Source: a bacterium
GTDB taxonomy: Bacteria > UBP7 > UBA6624 > JBBIMK01
Direction: 5' to 3'
Length of the DNA stretch: 10,653 nucleotides
Assembly (NCBI GenBank): GCA_037444445.1
Contig: JBBIMK010000045.1
Span: forward strand, 1 to 10,653
Position numbers and translations under genes: made by a program. This document shows positions 1 to 9,067 of the stretch, piece after piece. Each line of letters opens with the position of its first letter. The stretch's first letter is position 1. The notes beneath the pieces are model-generated. The model was not told where the DNA came from. It saw only the letters and a program-made list of their open reading frames with translations, and did not search any database.

Positions 1-48
1 ATACGGTAGAGGTCCTTCTTCGGTCGGCAGAACCCCCTTTACCGGCTG

Positions 49-786
49 ATGAAGGGTATACCTTTCGGGATGGGGCAATACTCTCCCTTTGGGACGGAGA
101 ACGGGGTTCTGGATGGGTTCGGGTTCCCCGGTTTTTCCCCGTTTGGAGCGGGAGGTGGAATTGGCACCTTATCCGGCGAGAGCGGTTGCCTTTGCCCCAG
201 TTGCCGGTTCCTTTATTCCCTGGTGTGCACTGACTTTCCCTGCGCTACCCGTTGCTTTGATGACCCGAACCAATTCTGCCTCTATTGCGTAGGAAGTGAT
301 GGCTCTCTCAGTGAGATAGGATGCTACTCTTCAGCGGATGCCTGGCTCGCAGCCCTTGGGGCGCAAGTGGCAGCATGCAATTGTGGCAATAATCAGAGTG
401 GCGGAGAGTGTGGTATGCTAACATCCGAGGTGGAAAATTTAGGATTGGCTGGGGGGTATCCTCCTGCGATTTGTTGTTCCTATTTAGGAATTACCTGCTA
501 CGCAAACCCCTATCGCTACAGGAGACGATGTTATTCAGATTGCCCACCTCCTGACTGTGGAGAAGGAAAAACCTGTTCAATGCAGTCTTCGTCTGTGGGT
601 GGATTTGTGTGCAGAGACTACACCTATGTGTTATGCGAATGTGGATTCTGCTGCTCTTTGGGTATCGGGACATGCACTGGTTTGGACTGTCCGACAGAAT
701 GCCCGCCGGGTTTTTCAAGAACATATCCAAGCATATGCATAAAATATGAGTTCAGAGGAATTAAAGTTTATTCCCTACGAATGTAA
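49..786 (+). CDS. Hypothetical cysteine-rich protein: 28 Cys in 245 aa, no His, Gly/Phe-rich Cys-free N-terminal 46 aa, no signal peptide
   Basis: 245-codon open frame, very unlikely by chance at this GC content. An in-frame TAG at 7-9 bounds the frame, so ATG 49 is the first start. No clear SD lies upstream of ATG 49, so the start is uncertain (next ATG is at 70). Cys occur as CxC, CC, CxxC (CPSC, CLYC), Cx3C (CATRC, CYSDC, CPTEC) and Cx4C (CPPPDC). No family recognised. Confidence 0.6.
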   Translation: MKGIPFGMGQYSPFGTENGVLDGFGFPGFSPFGAGGGIGTLSGESGCLCPSCRFLYSLVCTDFPCATRCFDDPNQFCLYCVGSDGSLSEIGCYSSADAWLAALGAQVAACNCGNNQSGGECGMLTSEVENLGLAGGYPPAICCSYLGITCYANPYRYRRRCYSDCPPPDCGEGKTCSMQSSSVGGFVCRDYTYVLCECGFCCSLGIGTCTGLDCPTECPPGFSRTYPSICIKYEFRGIKVYSLRM

Positions 787-826
787 ATGTCTCTGACACA
801 AGTGAAAATAAAGAAGAAATTAAAAA

Positions 827-832
827 AGGAGG
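827..832 (+). promoter_or_regulatory. Shine-Dalgarno AGGAGG for the downstream orphan gene
   Basis: Perfect AGGAGG lies 9 nt before GTG 842 and 12 nt before ATG 845. The TTG at 833 used by the ORF track abuts the SD and is an implausible start. Confidence 0.6.
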
Positions 833-844
833 TTGATATCCGTG

Positions 845-1798
845 ATGAAATTCATCAAGATTTATGTAGCGGGGTGTATCCTTGCAGTGAGTTTCGTGGC
901 GTTTATCTGTCAGCCCCAAGGATTCCCCGAAGAGCATCTTTCTCGTCTCCTGTCCCGCCCATTTCCTGAAACTCTGAAAGAGCAATTTCCGGGTGGGTGG
1001 AACGAATATCTTTCCACCGCGCAGTACACTGTCTTCTCAGTTTACACCACGCTGGGCGCTGCCTTCAACATTTATATAGATTTTGAAGGTAAACTACCAG
1101 GCACCATAAAAGAAGTCTGCGAGAGCCCCTATATGCCCTTTCCGTGTCAGGAAATCCTCAATCCATACACGAAGAAACCCTTACTGGAAACCCCGGCAGG
1201 AACTGCAGGTCATGTGGAATATAAGCCACCTCAAGATTTGAAATCTCTTCCCCCATTTTTACCTCTCTACCTTACTGTGCCAGATTGGGAAGATAATCCC
1301 CTTTCGGTGAAAGAGCGACAAACATTCATAACCATAGGTCCTTACTCTCCTGAGGATGTGTATAAGGGCTTATTAGGATTAGAGCCTGCGTGGGGAACGG
1401 CGGCAGGGGTGGAACACTTGATAGCGAGTTCCATTACTGCTTTCACGGCCTGTACCGGTGGTCGTGGGCCGCAATCTTTCGAAGAATTAGCAAACATGTT
1501 TCCCTACCTTCGGAAACTTCGCAACGGCTTTACCGGCGGGTATGCGAACTTGATTTTTGAGAGAACGATTCCAACGAATGCATCCCGGGAGGAGGTAGAA
1601 AAACAGATTAAAGAACTTAAAAAATTCAAAGGAACTCCTGGAGATTTCGCCATTGTATGGAACGGTTTACAAAGCCGGGTAGTGGTGTATGGTTTAGATG
1701 GCAGGGGAATCGGGGAAACTTTTGACGAGCGTACCCTGACTTATAGAGATGCACACCTTCGCACCAGCACCCGAAAATCTGACCACCCACTCCCTTAA
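845..1798 (+). CDS. Hypothetical protein with N-terminal hydrophobic signal or anchor (MKFIKIYVAGCILAVSFVAFIC), predicted extracytoplasmic
   Basis: Long open frame (833-1798 in the track). I place the start at ATG 845 (or GTG 842) from SD spacing. It has a positively charged n-region followed by about 18 hydrophobic residues. It lies 58 nt downstream of the Cys-rich gene on the same strand. No conserved catalytic motif recognised. Confidence 0.7.
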   Translation: MKFIKIYVAGCILAVSFVAFICQPQGFPEEHLSRLLSRPFPETLKEQFPGGWNEYLSTAQYTVFSVYTTLGAAFNIYIDFEGKLPGTIKEVCESPYMPFPCQEILNPYTKKPLLETPAGTAGHVEYKPPQDLKSLPPFLPLYLTVPDWEDNPLSVKERQTFITIGPYSPEDVYKGLLGLEPAWGTAAGVEHLIASSITAFTACTGGRGPQSFEELANMFPYLRKLRNGFTGGYANLIFERTIPTNASREEVEKQIKELKKFKGTPGDFAIVWNGLQSRVVVYGLDGRGIGETFDERTLTYRDAHLRTSTRKSDHPLP

Positions 1799-1814
1799 AT
1801 TCAGAGTCAGATTT

Positions 1815-1980
1815 TCCTCTTTCTTTTCAGCCCCCTTTCCTTCCTTTCTTTCTTAATTCTATCTCTGTTCTCTTCCTTTAGCCTCCCACTAAACCGCTTT
1901 CTTCCACGCCCGGGGCAGGGAAGAGGGAATAGAGGGAAGAAAAATGGAAGAGCTTGCAAAAGAAAAGGAAGGAGGGGTTG
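1815..1980. repeat. Polypyrimidine (CT) tract facing a polypurine (GA) tract; long imperfect inverted repeat centred on CCCGGG (1909-1914)
   Basis: 1815-1905 is almost pure C/T and 1915-1978 is almost pure G/A. By hand, 1832-1851 pairs with 1959-1977 (about 17 bp with two bulges), and there are inner partial pairings around 1897-1905/1918-1925. Confidence 0.55.
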
Positions 1981-2192
1981 CAGAAAATGAAAAAAGGAGT
2001 TATGATGATGGTAGTGATGCGGTGGTGATTTCGGGGCTGATGGCTACGCCTGCTCTTTCGGAGGAGAAGCCTCAAACTTCTTCTAATGCCTGCAAAGGCA
2101 GTTTGAATTCTTACAGTGAGGAATTCTTTCAGCTGGGGAGTGTGCCCCTTTTGGGGCAGGCACCCAACGGTGTCATTATTGTTCCGATGTAA
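1944..2192 (+). CDS. Doubtful small ORF (82 aa) beginning inside the purine tract
   Basis: ATG is preceded by GAGGG at a 7-nt spacing, but SD-like strings are unavoidable in a GA tract. The N-terminus is low-complexity E/K. Its stop lies 1 nt from the stop of the convergent membrane gene. Confidence 0.2.
   Translation: MEELAKEKEGGVAENEKRSYDDGSDAVVISGLMATPALSEEKPQTSSNACKGSLNSYSEEFFQLGSVPLLGQAPNGVIIVPM
2143..2158. other. GC-rich hairpin TGCCCC-TTTT-GGGGCA
   Basis: Perfect 6-bp stem with a 4-nt loop, about 36 nt past the stop of the minus-strand membrane gene. No U-run follows on either strand, so it is not a canonical intrinsic terminator. Confidence 0.35.
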
Positions 2193-2193
2193 C

Positions 2194-2658
2194 TTATCGG
2201 GATTTCCCTGACTGACTCAGGATGAATCCAGTGAAGAAGAAGAGGAAGCCAGAGATAGATAGAGTGAGGAGCCGGGGTTCGGGAGTTTTCAAGAGGCTCA
2301 TTCCAAGGAGGGATTGAAACATCACCCCACCACCCAGAACCACCAGATACCAGGAGCCCTGGCTCACCTGCCCCAGCCCCTGAACCATCTTCATCACCTC
2401 TGGATAGACCTTCGGCAGGGACACAATGAGAACTCCGAGGGAATACAACACGAAACTCGTCAGGTAAGCAAATCCATAGATGTATTCATAACTCAGGAGG
2501 ATAAGGAAAGGCATTGCGAAGAGGATGAAAATCAAAAAGGGCACGGCCATCCGGACACCTGGGGGGCTTCTATCCAACTCACTCAGCAGGAGGCAGAAAA
2601 TTCCGAGAGCAGTGGCTGATGAGAGAAGTGTGAGCAGGATGATGGACAGGTGCCACAT
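2194..2658 (-). CDS. Small integral membrane protein, about 5 predicted TM helices, unknown function
   Basis: 154 aa with five hydrophobic stretches of about 20 aa each. GGTGA SD lies 6 nt before the ATG. Same strand as murA, 97 nt downstream of it. Confidence 0.7.
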   Translation of the reverse strand: MWHLSIILLTLLSSATALGIFCLLLSELDRSPPGVRMAVPFLIFILFAMPFLILLSYEYIYGFAYLTSFVLYSLGVLIVSLPKVYPEVMKMVQGLGQVSQGSWYLVVLGGGVMFQSLLGMSLLKTPEPRLLTLSISGFLFFFTGFILSQSGKSR

Positions 2659-2672
2659 CAGGAATCACCTTG

Positions 2673-2681
2673 ATTATAACA
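2673..2681 (-). promoter_or_regulatory. Extended -10-like motif TGTTATAAT upstream of the membrane-protein gene
   Basis: Exact TGnTATAAT on the minus strand, but it ends only 14 nt before the ATG and abuts the SD. A transcript from it would be nearly leaderless. Confidence 0.2.
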
Positions 2682-2755
2682 AATCATAGAGGGCGAGCAT
2701 GTCAGGGAGAAGAAGGGGGAATTACAATCAGAGAAAGGGGATAGGGTGGGATTTT

Positions 2756-4075
2756 TCAGGGGAGGTGGGAGATGCGGGCGCCGAGGGAAGAGAGTTTTTC
2801 CTCCATTTTTTCGTAGCCTCGCTGGATATGAGGTAAGCCGTGGATCTGGGAGGTGCCTGTGGCGGCCAGGGCGGCTAAAATCAAGGAAGCCCCTGCGCGG
2901 ATGTCGGGGGCTTCTACGGCGGCGCCGGTAAGGGCGGTCACACCGTCTATCACAGCGGTATCCCGTTCCACTTTAATTCTCGCTCCCATGCGTGCCAGTT
3001 CGTCCACCTGGGTGAACCTTCTTTCAAATACGCTTTCCACGATGGTGCTTTTTCCCTCTGCTAAAGAGAGGAGGGACATCATAGGAGGCTGGATGTCGGT
3101 GGGGAAGCCTGGATAGGAGAGGGTCTTGATGTGAAGGGGTTTTACCGAACCGGTTCGGCAGAGATGAATGCCCGGTTGAGGGGGAGGAGCAATCTGGATG
3201 AGGCAGCCGGCTTCAGAGAGTTTTTCCAGGACTGCGGACAGGTGGTCGGCACGGGCGCCCTGAATGAAGACATCGCCAGCGGTGATGGCACCGGCTATCA
3301 GGTAAGTTCCCGCTTCAATTCGGTCGGGGATGGGCTGGTATTCGAGAGGGTTTAACTGTGTCACGCCTTCAATCCGGATGAGGCTGGTTCCACCGCCCTG
3401 GATACGGGCGCCAGCACGGTTCAAAAAATCGCACAAATCACGGATTTCCGGCTCCTGGGCGGCGTTTTCTATGACGGTTTGGCCCTCTGCCAGAACGCCT
3501 GCCATGATGAGGTTTTCTGTGGCGCCCACGGAAGGGAATTCTAAATGGATGCGGGCTCCCTTCAGGGGTCCGGAAACTCTGGCATAAATATAGCCGTGCT
3601 TCTCCTGAATTTCAGCGCCTAACTGCTGTAAGCCTTTCAGGTGGTAATCAATGGGGCGAGTGCCGATGGCGCAGCCGCCGGGTCGGCTCACCACCGCTTG
3701 CCCGAACCGACCAATCAGCGAACCCAGCACGAGAATGGAAGCTCTCAATCGCCGGGAGACCCTGTAGTTCAAGTCTTCCGGCTTGCGACGCTTCTGATTC
3801 ATCTGAATCAGCAAATCCCGATTCTCCATCAGCACGGTAGCCCCTACCGCCTGAAGAACATCAGCCATCATGTGAATGTCGAGGATGTCCGGCACATTTT
3901 TCAGGCGAACGCTTCCCGGAATGAGGAGAGAAGCGCCCATCAAGGCGAGAGTGGAGTTCTTGGAGGTGCTGACAGGGATGGAACCCCGGAGGGGATATCC
4001 ACCTTCAATCAAAAATGAGCCGGGAGCAGATTTTTGATTCTGGGATTTCGGATGGGGGGTTGCGCTGTTACCCAT
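2756..4075 (-). CDS. murA: UDP-N-acetylglucosamine 1-carboxyvinyltransferase
   Basis: 439 aa. N-terminal FLIEGGYPLRGSIPVSTSKNS matches the MurA start motif including the Lys of KN. The active-site loop RPGGCAIGTRPID retains the catalytic, fosfomycin-target Cys (codon 3671-3673). About 20 aa of N-terminal extension relative to E. coli MurA. Confidence 0.95.
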   Translation of the reverse strand: MGNSATPHPKSQNQKSAPGSFLIEGGYPLRGSIPVSTSKNSTLALMGASLLIPGSVRLKNVPDILDIHMMADVLQAVGATVLMENRDLLIQMNQKRRKPEDLNYRVSRRLRASILVLGSLIGRFGQAVVSRPGGCAIGTRPIDYHLKGLQQLGAEIQEKHGYIYARVSGPLKGARIHLEFPSVGATENLIMAGVLAEGQTVIENAAQEPEIRDLCDFLNRAGARIQGGGTSLIRIEGVTQLNPLEYQPIPDRIEAGTYLIAGAITAGDVFIQGARADHLSAVLEKLSEAGCLIQIAPPPQPGIHLCRTGSVKPLHIKTLSYPGFPTDIQPPMMSLLSLAEGKSTIVESVFERRFTQVDELARMGARIKVERDTAVIDGVTALTGAAVEAPDIRAGASLILAALAATGTSQIHGLPHIQRGYEKMEEKLSSLGARISHLP

Positions 4076-4098
4076 CGGAATCCCATCCTGATGCGAGG

Positions 4099-4107
4099 GT
4101 TATAACA
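4099..4107 (-). promoter_or_regulatory. Extended -10-like motif TGTTATAAC upstream of murA
   Basis: TGnTATAAc on the minus strand, 23 nt before the murA ATG, leaving room for a short leader with the GGATGGGA SD-like element. Confidence 0.25.
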
Positions 4108-4170
4108 CTTCGGATTATGGGAAAACTGGAAGAGGAAGAAGATTCAGCGAAGGGGTAAAAGGTTTTCACT

Positions 4171-6038
<1,868 letters not shown>

Positions 6039-6139
6039 TTATCCCCCCTCCAAGGATTCTGATGGTTCTAATGGGTGTATTCGTATAAGGAGACAAAACC
6101 CGTGCAACATCATCTATCGGCTCCAGCATAAAAGAAGTT

Positions 6140-6175
6140 TCGCCGAAGGCGATTTGGGGAAATCTCTGATTTCCC
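6140..6175 (-). other. Two adjacent perfect hairpins in the atpG-atpD spacer
   Basis: GGGAAATC-nnn-GATTTCCC (6157-6175; 8-bp stem, 3-nt loop) and TCGCC-nnn-GGCGA (6140-6152; 5-bp stem). On the minus strand the second hairpin is followed by AACTTCTTTTA. Confidence 0.45.
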
Positions 6176-6293
6176 TCTTATCCGCTGTTATACACTGTTG
6201 GTCGCTCTCTGTCATTGGCAAAATTCATCTCTTATAAGATGAACAACCTCCTTACACGACAAAAATTGAATACTGTCTGGGATATAATTTTTT

Positions 6294-6322
6294 ATATTAT
6301 AATCTTCCTGTGGCATAGTCAA
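6294..6322 (-). promoter_or_regulatory. Candidate sigma70-type internal promoter ahead of atpD
   Basis: Minus strand has TTGACT (6322-6317), then TATAAT (6301-6296, 15-nt spacer) or overlapping TAATAT (6299-6294, 17-nt spacer). It sits in an AT-rich patch about 30 nt after the atpG stop. Confidence 0.4.
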
Positions 6323-6351
6323 CGGTTCAGAGTGTGTGGGGTCAGCCCTGC

Positions 6352-7284
6352 TCACTTGAGGGCTTCCACACCTCCCACGATGTCCATAAGTTCCTTGGTG
6401 ATGGATTCCTGGCGGAGGACATTCATAGTTCGTGTGAGGGAGCGAATCAGGTCAGCGGCGTTCTCCGTGGCGTTGTCCATAGCAATCATTCGTGCCGCCT
6501 GTTCTGAGGCGAAGGATTCACCGAGGGCACGATACAGTTTCAATTGAACGATTCGGGGGAGGAGATTATCCAGAATTACCTGGGGCGGAGGCTCAAACTC
6601 GTATTCCAGGTCTGGGGGAGGGCTTGCTGTTCCCCGGTGGGTGGTGGGGTATTCTGCGGATGATTTCACAGCGGGGCTAACGCCTTGCCCTTCACCCGAA
6701 GAGGAGACTTCCGCACGCACAGGGAGGAGGAGTATGCCGGTTGGCAGGTGCTTCGCCAGGCTGACAAAGCGGGTGTAGAACAGATGGACCTCGCGAACCT
6801 TTCGGGAGAGGAATCGCTTCATCACCTCGTTGCTGATTTCATAAATCACGGGCAGGGGTAGAAGCAGAGGGATTCGGGTGTAACTCTTTACCACCGGGAA
6901 GTGACGCCATTTCAGGTAGAGTTCCCCCCTCCGCCCGATAGTCATCACCTCTATACCTTCTTTCTCACGGCTGGCATAGAAGGAGAGGGCTTTGCGAAGG
7001 ACATTGAGATTATAGGCACCGCAGAGTCCACGGTCTGCGGTAACGACTATCAGGAGGATTTTCCCTTCATCTCGGACCTCTGTAAGAGGGTGTCTGGAGG
7101 TTTCTAAATACGGCTGGAGATGAGTGATGAGTTCATCCAACTTTTGGAAGTAAGTCCGCCCGGCGCCCAATTTTTCCTGCAGGCGAGAAAGGCGTGCCGC
7201 TGCCACCATCTTCATCGCCTTAGTAATCTGCTGGGTATTCTGAATGGAGCGAATCCGCCGCCGTAAATCCCTTAACCCTGCCAT
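6352..7284 (-). CDS. atpG: F1 ATP synthase gamma subunit (with internal low-complexity insertion)
   Basis: 310 aa. N-terminal helix IRSIQNTQQITKAMKMVAAARL and C-terminal ASEQAARMIAMDNATENA...ITKELMDIVGG are hallmark gamma motifs. Lies between atpA and atpD. Confidence 0.95.
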   Translation of the reverse strand: MAGLRDLRRRIRSIQNTQQITKAMKMVAAARLSRLQEKLGAGRTYFQKLDELITHLQPYLETSRHPLTEVRDEGKILLIVVTADRGLCGAYNLNVLRKALSFYASREKEGIEVMTIGRRGELYLKWRHFPVVKSYTRIPLLLPLPVIYEISNEVMKRFLSRKVREVHLFYTRFVSLAKHLPTGILLLPVRAEVSSSGEGQGVSPAVKSSAEYPTTHRGTASPPPDLEYEFEPPPQVILDNLLPRIVQLKLYRALGESFASEQAARMIAMDNATENAADLIRSLTRTMNVLRQESITKELMDIVGGVEALK

Positions 7285-7305
7285 TCGGTCACTTTCTCCG
7301 GTAGA

Positions 7306-8823
7306 TTATTTTTTCTCCATAAAACCTTCTTTGCATTCCGTTACTGCCTGATGCATCCATCTCTCCGTTTCTGGGTCTATGTCCTTCCTGGATTCAATCA
7401 GATGGAAAATGTCCGGGTATTTCTCATCCACGAACTTGAACAGGGCTTCTTCAAAGGCTTTCAGTTTATCTGATGGGATATCATCCAGGTAGCCCTGGGT
7501 GCCGGCGAAGATGGAAAGGACCTGTCTGGAGAGGGGCATAGGGCCGAACTGCCCCTGCTTGAGGATTTCCACCAGGCGTTCACCCCGGGTGAGTTGCTTT
7601 TGTGTGGCGGGGTCTAAATCGGTGGCGAACCTGGCAAATGCTGCCAGTTCACGATACTGGGCCAGTTCCAGGCGGAGTTTTCCCGCCACCTTCCGCATGG
7701 CTTTTGCCTGGGCGTTTCCACCCACTCTTGAGACGGAAAGGCCCACATTGATGGCGGGGCGGATGCCCGAATGGAACAGGTCGGGTTCCAGATAGATTTG
7801 CCCATCCGTGATGGAAATGACATTGGTGGGGATGTAGGTGGTGATATTCCCTTCCAGGGTTTCAATGATGGGGATAGCGGTGAGGGAGCCACCGCCCAGG
7901 TCATCCCGCATCTTGGCCGCCCGTTCCAGAAGCCTGGAGTGGAGATAGAAGACATCGCCGGGGAAGGCTTCCCGACCCGGTGGACGACGCAACAGGAGGC
8001 TCAACTCCCGATACGAAACCGCATGCTTGGAGAGGTCGTCGTACATCACCAGGGCATGCTTCCCATTGTATAAATAATACTCGCCCATGGCGCATCCGGA
8101 ATAAGGTGCCAGATACTGAAGGGTGGCAGGGGCACCCGCCGGCGCACTCACGATGGTGGTGTAACTCATAGCACCGTTTTTCAAAAGTGTTTCATACACA
8201 TCCACAATCGTGCTGGCTTTCTGCCCGATGCCCACATAGATGCAGAAGACATCCGTGTCCTTCTGATTGATGATGGTATCCAACAGGATAGCGGTTTTCC
8301 CCGTCTGCCGGTCGCCGATAATCAGTTCTCTCTGACCTCTGCCGATGGGAATCATAGAGTCAATGGCTTTGATGCCTGTCATCAGGGGTTCTTTGACGGG
8401 CTGGCGTTTCACCACTCTGGGTGCGATAATTTCCACGGGACGGAACTCGGTGGCGGCGATGGGTCCTTTGTCGTCCACCGGTCGCCCCAGGGGGTCCACG
8501 ACGCGTCCACAAAGGGCTTCGCCTACGGGCACCTGGAGGATTTTTCCCGTGCGCTTCACCAGGTCGCCCTCCTTGATATTCTCATACGGGTCTAATAGAA
8601 CCACACCCACGCTTTCTTCTTCCAGGTTCAGGGCAAGCCCCCGCTCTCCCCCGGGCTGGAATTCCACCAGTTCATTCGCCATGACCTCGTCCAGGCCGTA
8701 GATGCGGGCAACCCCATCGCCCACCTGAATCACCGTGCCCACACTGGCTAACTCGGTTTCCCCCTTATACTTGTCAATCTCTGCTCGGATGACCGTGGTA
8801 ATTTCTTCTGGCTTCAATCGCAT
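7306..8823 (-). CDS. atpA: F1 ATP synthase alpha subunit
   Basis: 505 aa with Walker [16 protein letters not shown] lies 6 nt upstream of the ATG. Typical alpha length. Confidence 0.98.
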   Translation of the reverse strand: MRLKPEEITTVIRAEIDKYKGETELASVGTVIQVGDGVARIYGLDEVMANELVEFQPGGERGLALNLEEESVGVVLLDPYENIKEGDLVKRTGKILQVPVGEALCGRVVDPLGRPVDDKGPIAATEFRPVEIIAPRVVKRQPVKEPLMTGIKAIDSMIPIGRGQRELIIGDRQTGKTAILLDTIINQKDTDVFCIYVGIGQKASTIVDVYETLLKNGAMSYTTIVSAPAGAPATLQYLAPYSGCAMGEYYLYNGKHALVMYDDLSKHAVSYRELSLLLRRPPGREAFPGDVFYLHSRLLERAAKMRDDLGGGSLTAIPIIETLEGNITTYIPTNVISITDGQIYLEPDLFHSGIRPAINVGLSVSRVGGNAQAKAMRKVAGKLRLELAQYRELAAFARFATDLDPATQKQLTRGERLVEILKQGQFGPMPLSRQVLSIFAGTQGYLDDIPSDKLKAFEEALFKFVDEKYPDIFHLIESRKDIDPETERWMHQAVTECKEGFMEKK

Positions 8824-9020
8824 CCTGCTTCACCTCTTTACCTGTCCTGCGTCCGGTTCTTTCATCGTCTTAAGCCTCACTCCTTTTATGCTCTCCTCTG
8901 ACATAAGAGCCAGAGAGTGCCAGAGATTTCATTTCGTGTTTTCTCAGAATTTCAGGGTGGGCCTGCCACATCTTCTTACTGTTTTCTTTTGCCATTTCCG
9001 ATTATGGACTTCAGGTTCTT

Positions 9021-9067
9021 GAGTTTTTCCATAAGCGGGTAAGGGCTTTTAGAGTTTTCCGGGTAAG
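9021..9067. repeat. Imperfect direct repeat GAGTTTTTCC-ATAAG-CGGGTAAG / GAGTTTTCC-GGGTAAG in the atpH-atpA spacer
   Basis: Copy A is 9021-9043 and copy B is 9052-9067, read directly. A tandem GGTTCAC/GGTTCAT lies immediately to the right at 9074-9087. Confidence 0.45.

Noticed and set aside
113-127. GGGTTCGGGTTCCCC, superficially like a tRNA T-arm
   Set aside because: No flanking acceptor, D or anticodon arm complementarity. It lies inside the Gly/Phe-rich coding repeat (GFGFP).
845-880. Possible lipobox VAGC near the N-terminus of the 845-1798 protein
   Set aside because: The Cys would be only residue 11 and the hydrophobic region before it is about 5 residues, too short for a lipoprotein signal. 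The hydrophobic stretch continues past it, so a signal anchor or SPase I signal is more likely.
787-969. 60-aa ORF starting at the ATG immediately after the TAA of the Cys-rich gene, in the same frame (possible stop-codon read-through extension)
   Set aside because: It overlaps the well-supported start of the 845-1798 gene in another frame. Its first half is just the A-rich spacer translated (KIKKKLKK). TAA is the least leaky stop, and there is no read-through context evidence.
2746-4018. Several 60-125-aa plus-strand ORFs antisense to murA (2746-2931, 2853-3116, 3131-3355, 3330-3587, 3641-4018)
   Set aside because: All are embedded in a confidently identified murA. Their translations are Arg/Gly/Pro/Ser-rich low-complexity products typical of antisense frames in GC-rich coding DNA.
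6178-6228. 16-aa minus-strand mini-ORF (MNFANDRERPTVYNSG) downstream of an AAGGAGG (6253-6247) in the atpD leader
   Set aside because: The SD-like AAGGAGG is 18 nt from the ATG, which is too far. An ORF of this size is expected by chance, so it is mentioned only as part of the leader.
6321-6328. Shared 8-mer ACGGTTCA (minus TGAACCGT) shortly after the stop codons in both intra-operon spacers (also 9079-9086), possibly a common inserted element
   Set aside because: One shared 8-mer between two regions of about 300 nt is roughly the chance expectation. The flanks do not align, so there is no evidence of a repeated mobile element or MITE.
6215-6547. 110-aa plus-strand ORF spanning the atpG-atpD spacer into atpG
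   Set aside because: Two thirds of it is antisense to the atpG C-terminus. It has no RBS, and the AT-rich start region is better explained as promoter-like sequence for the minus strand.
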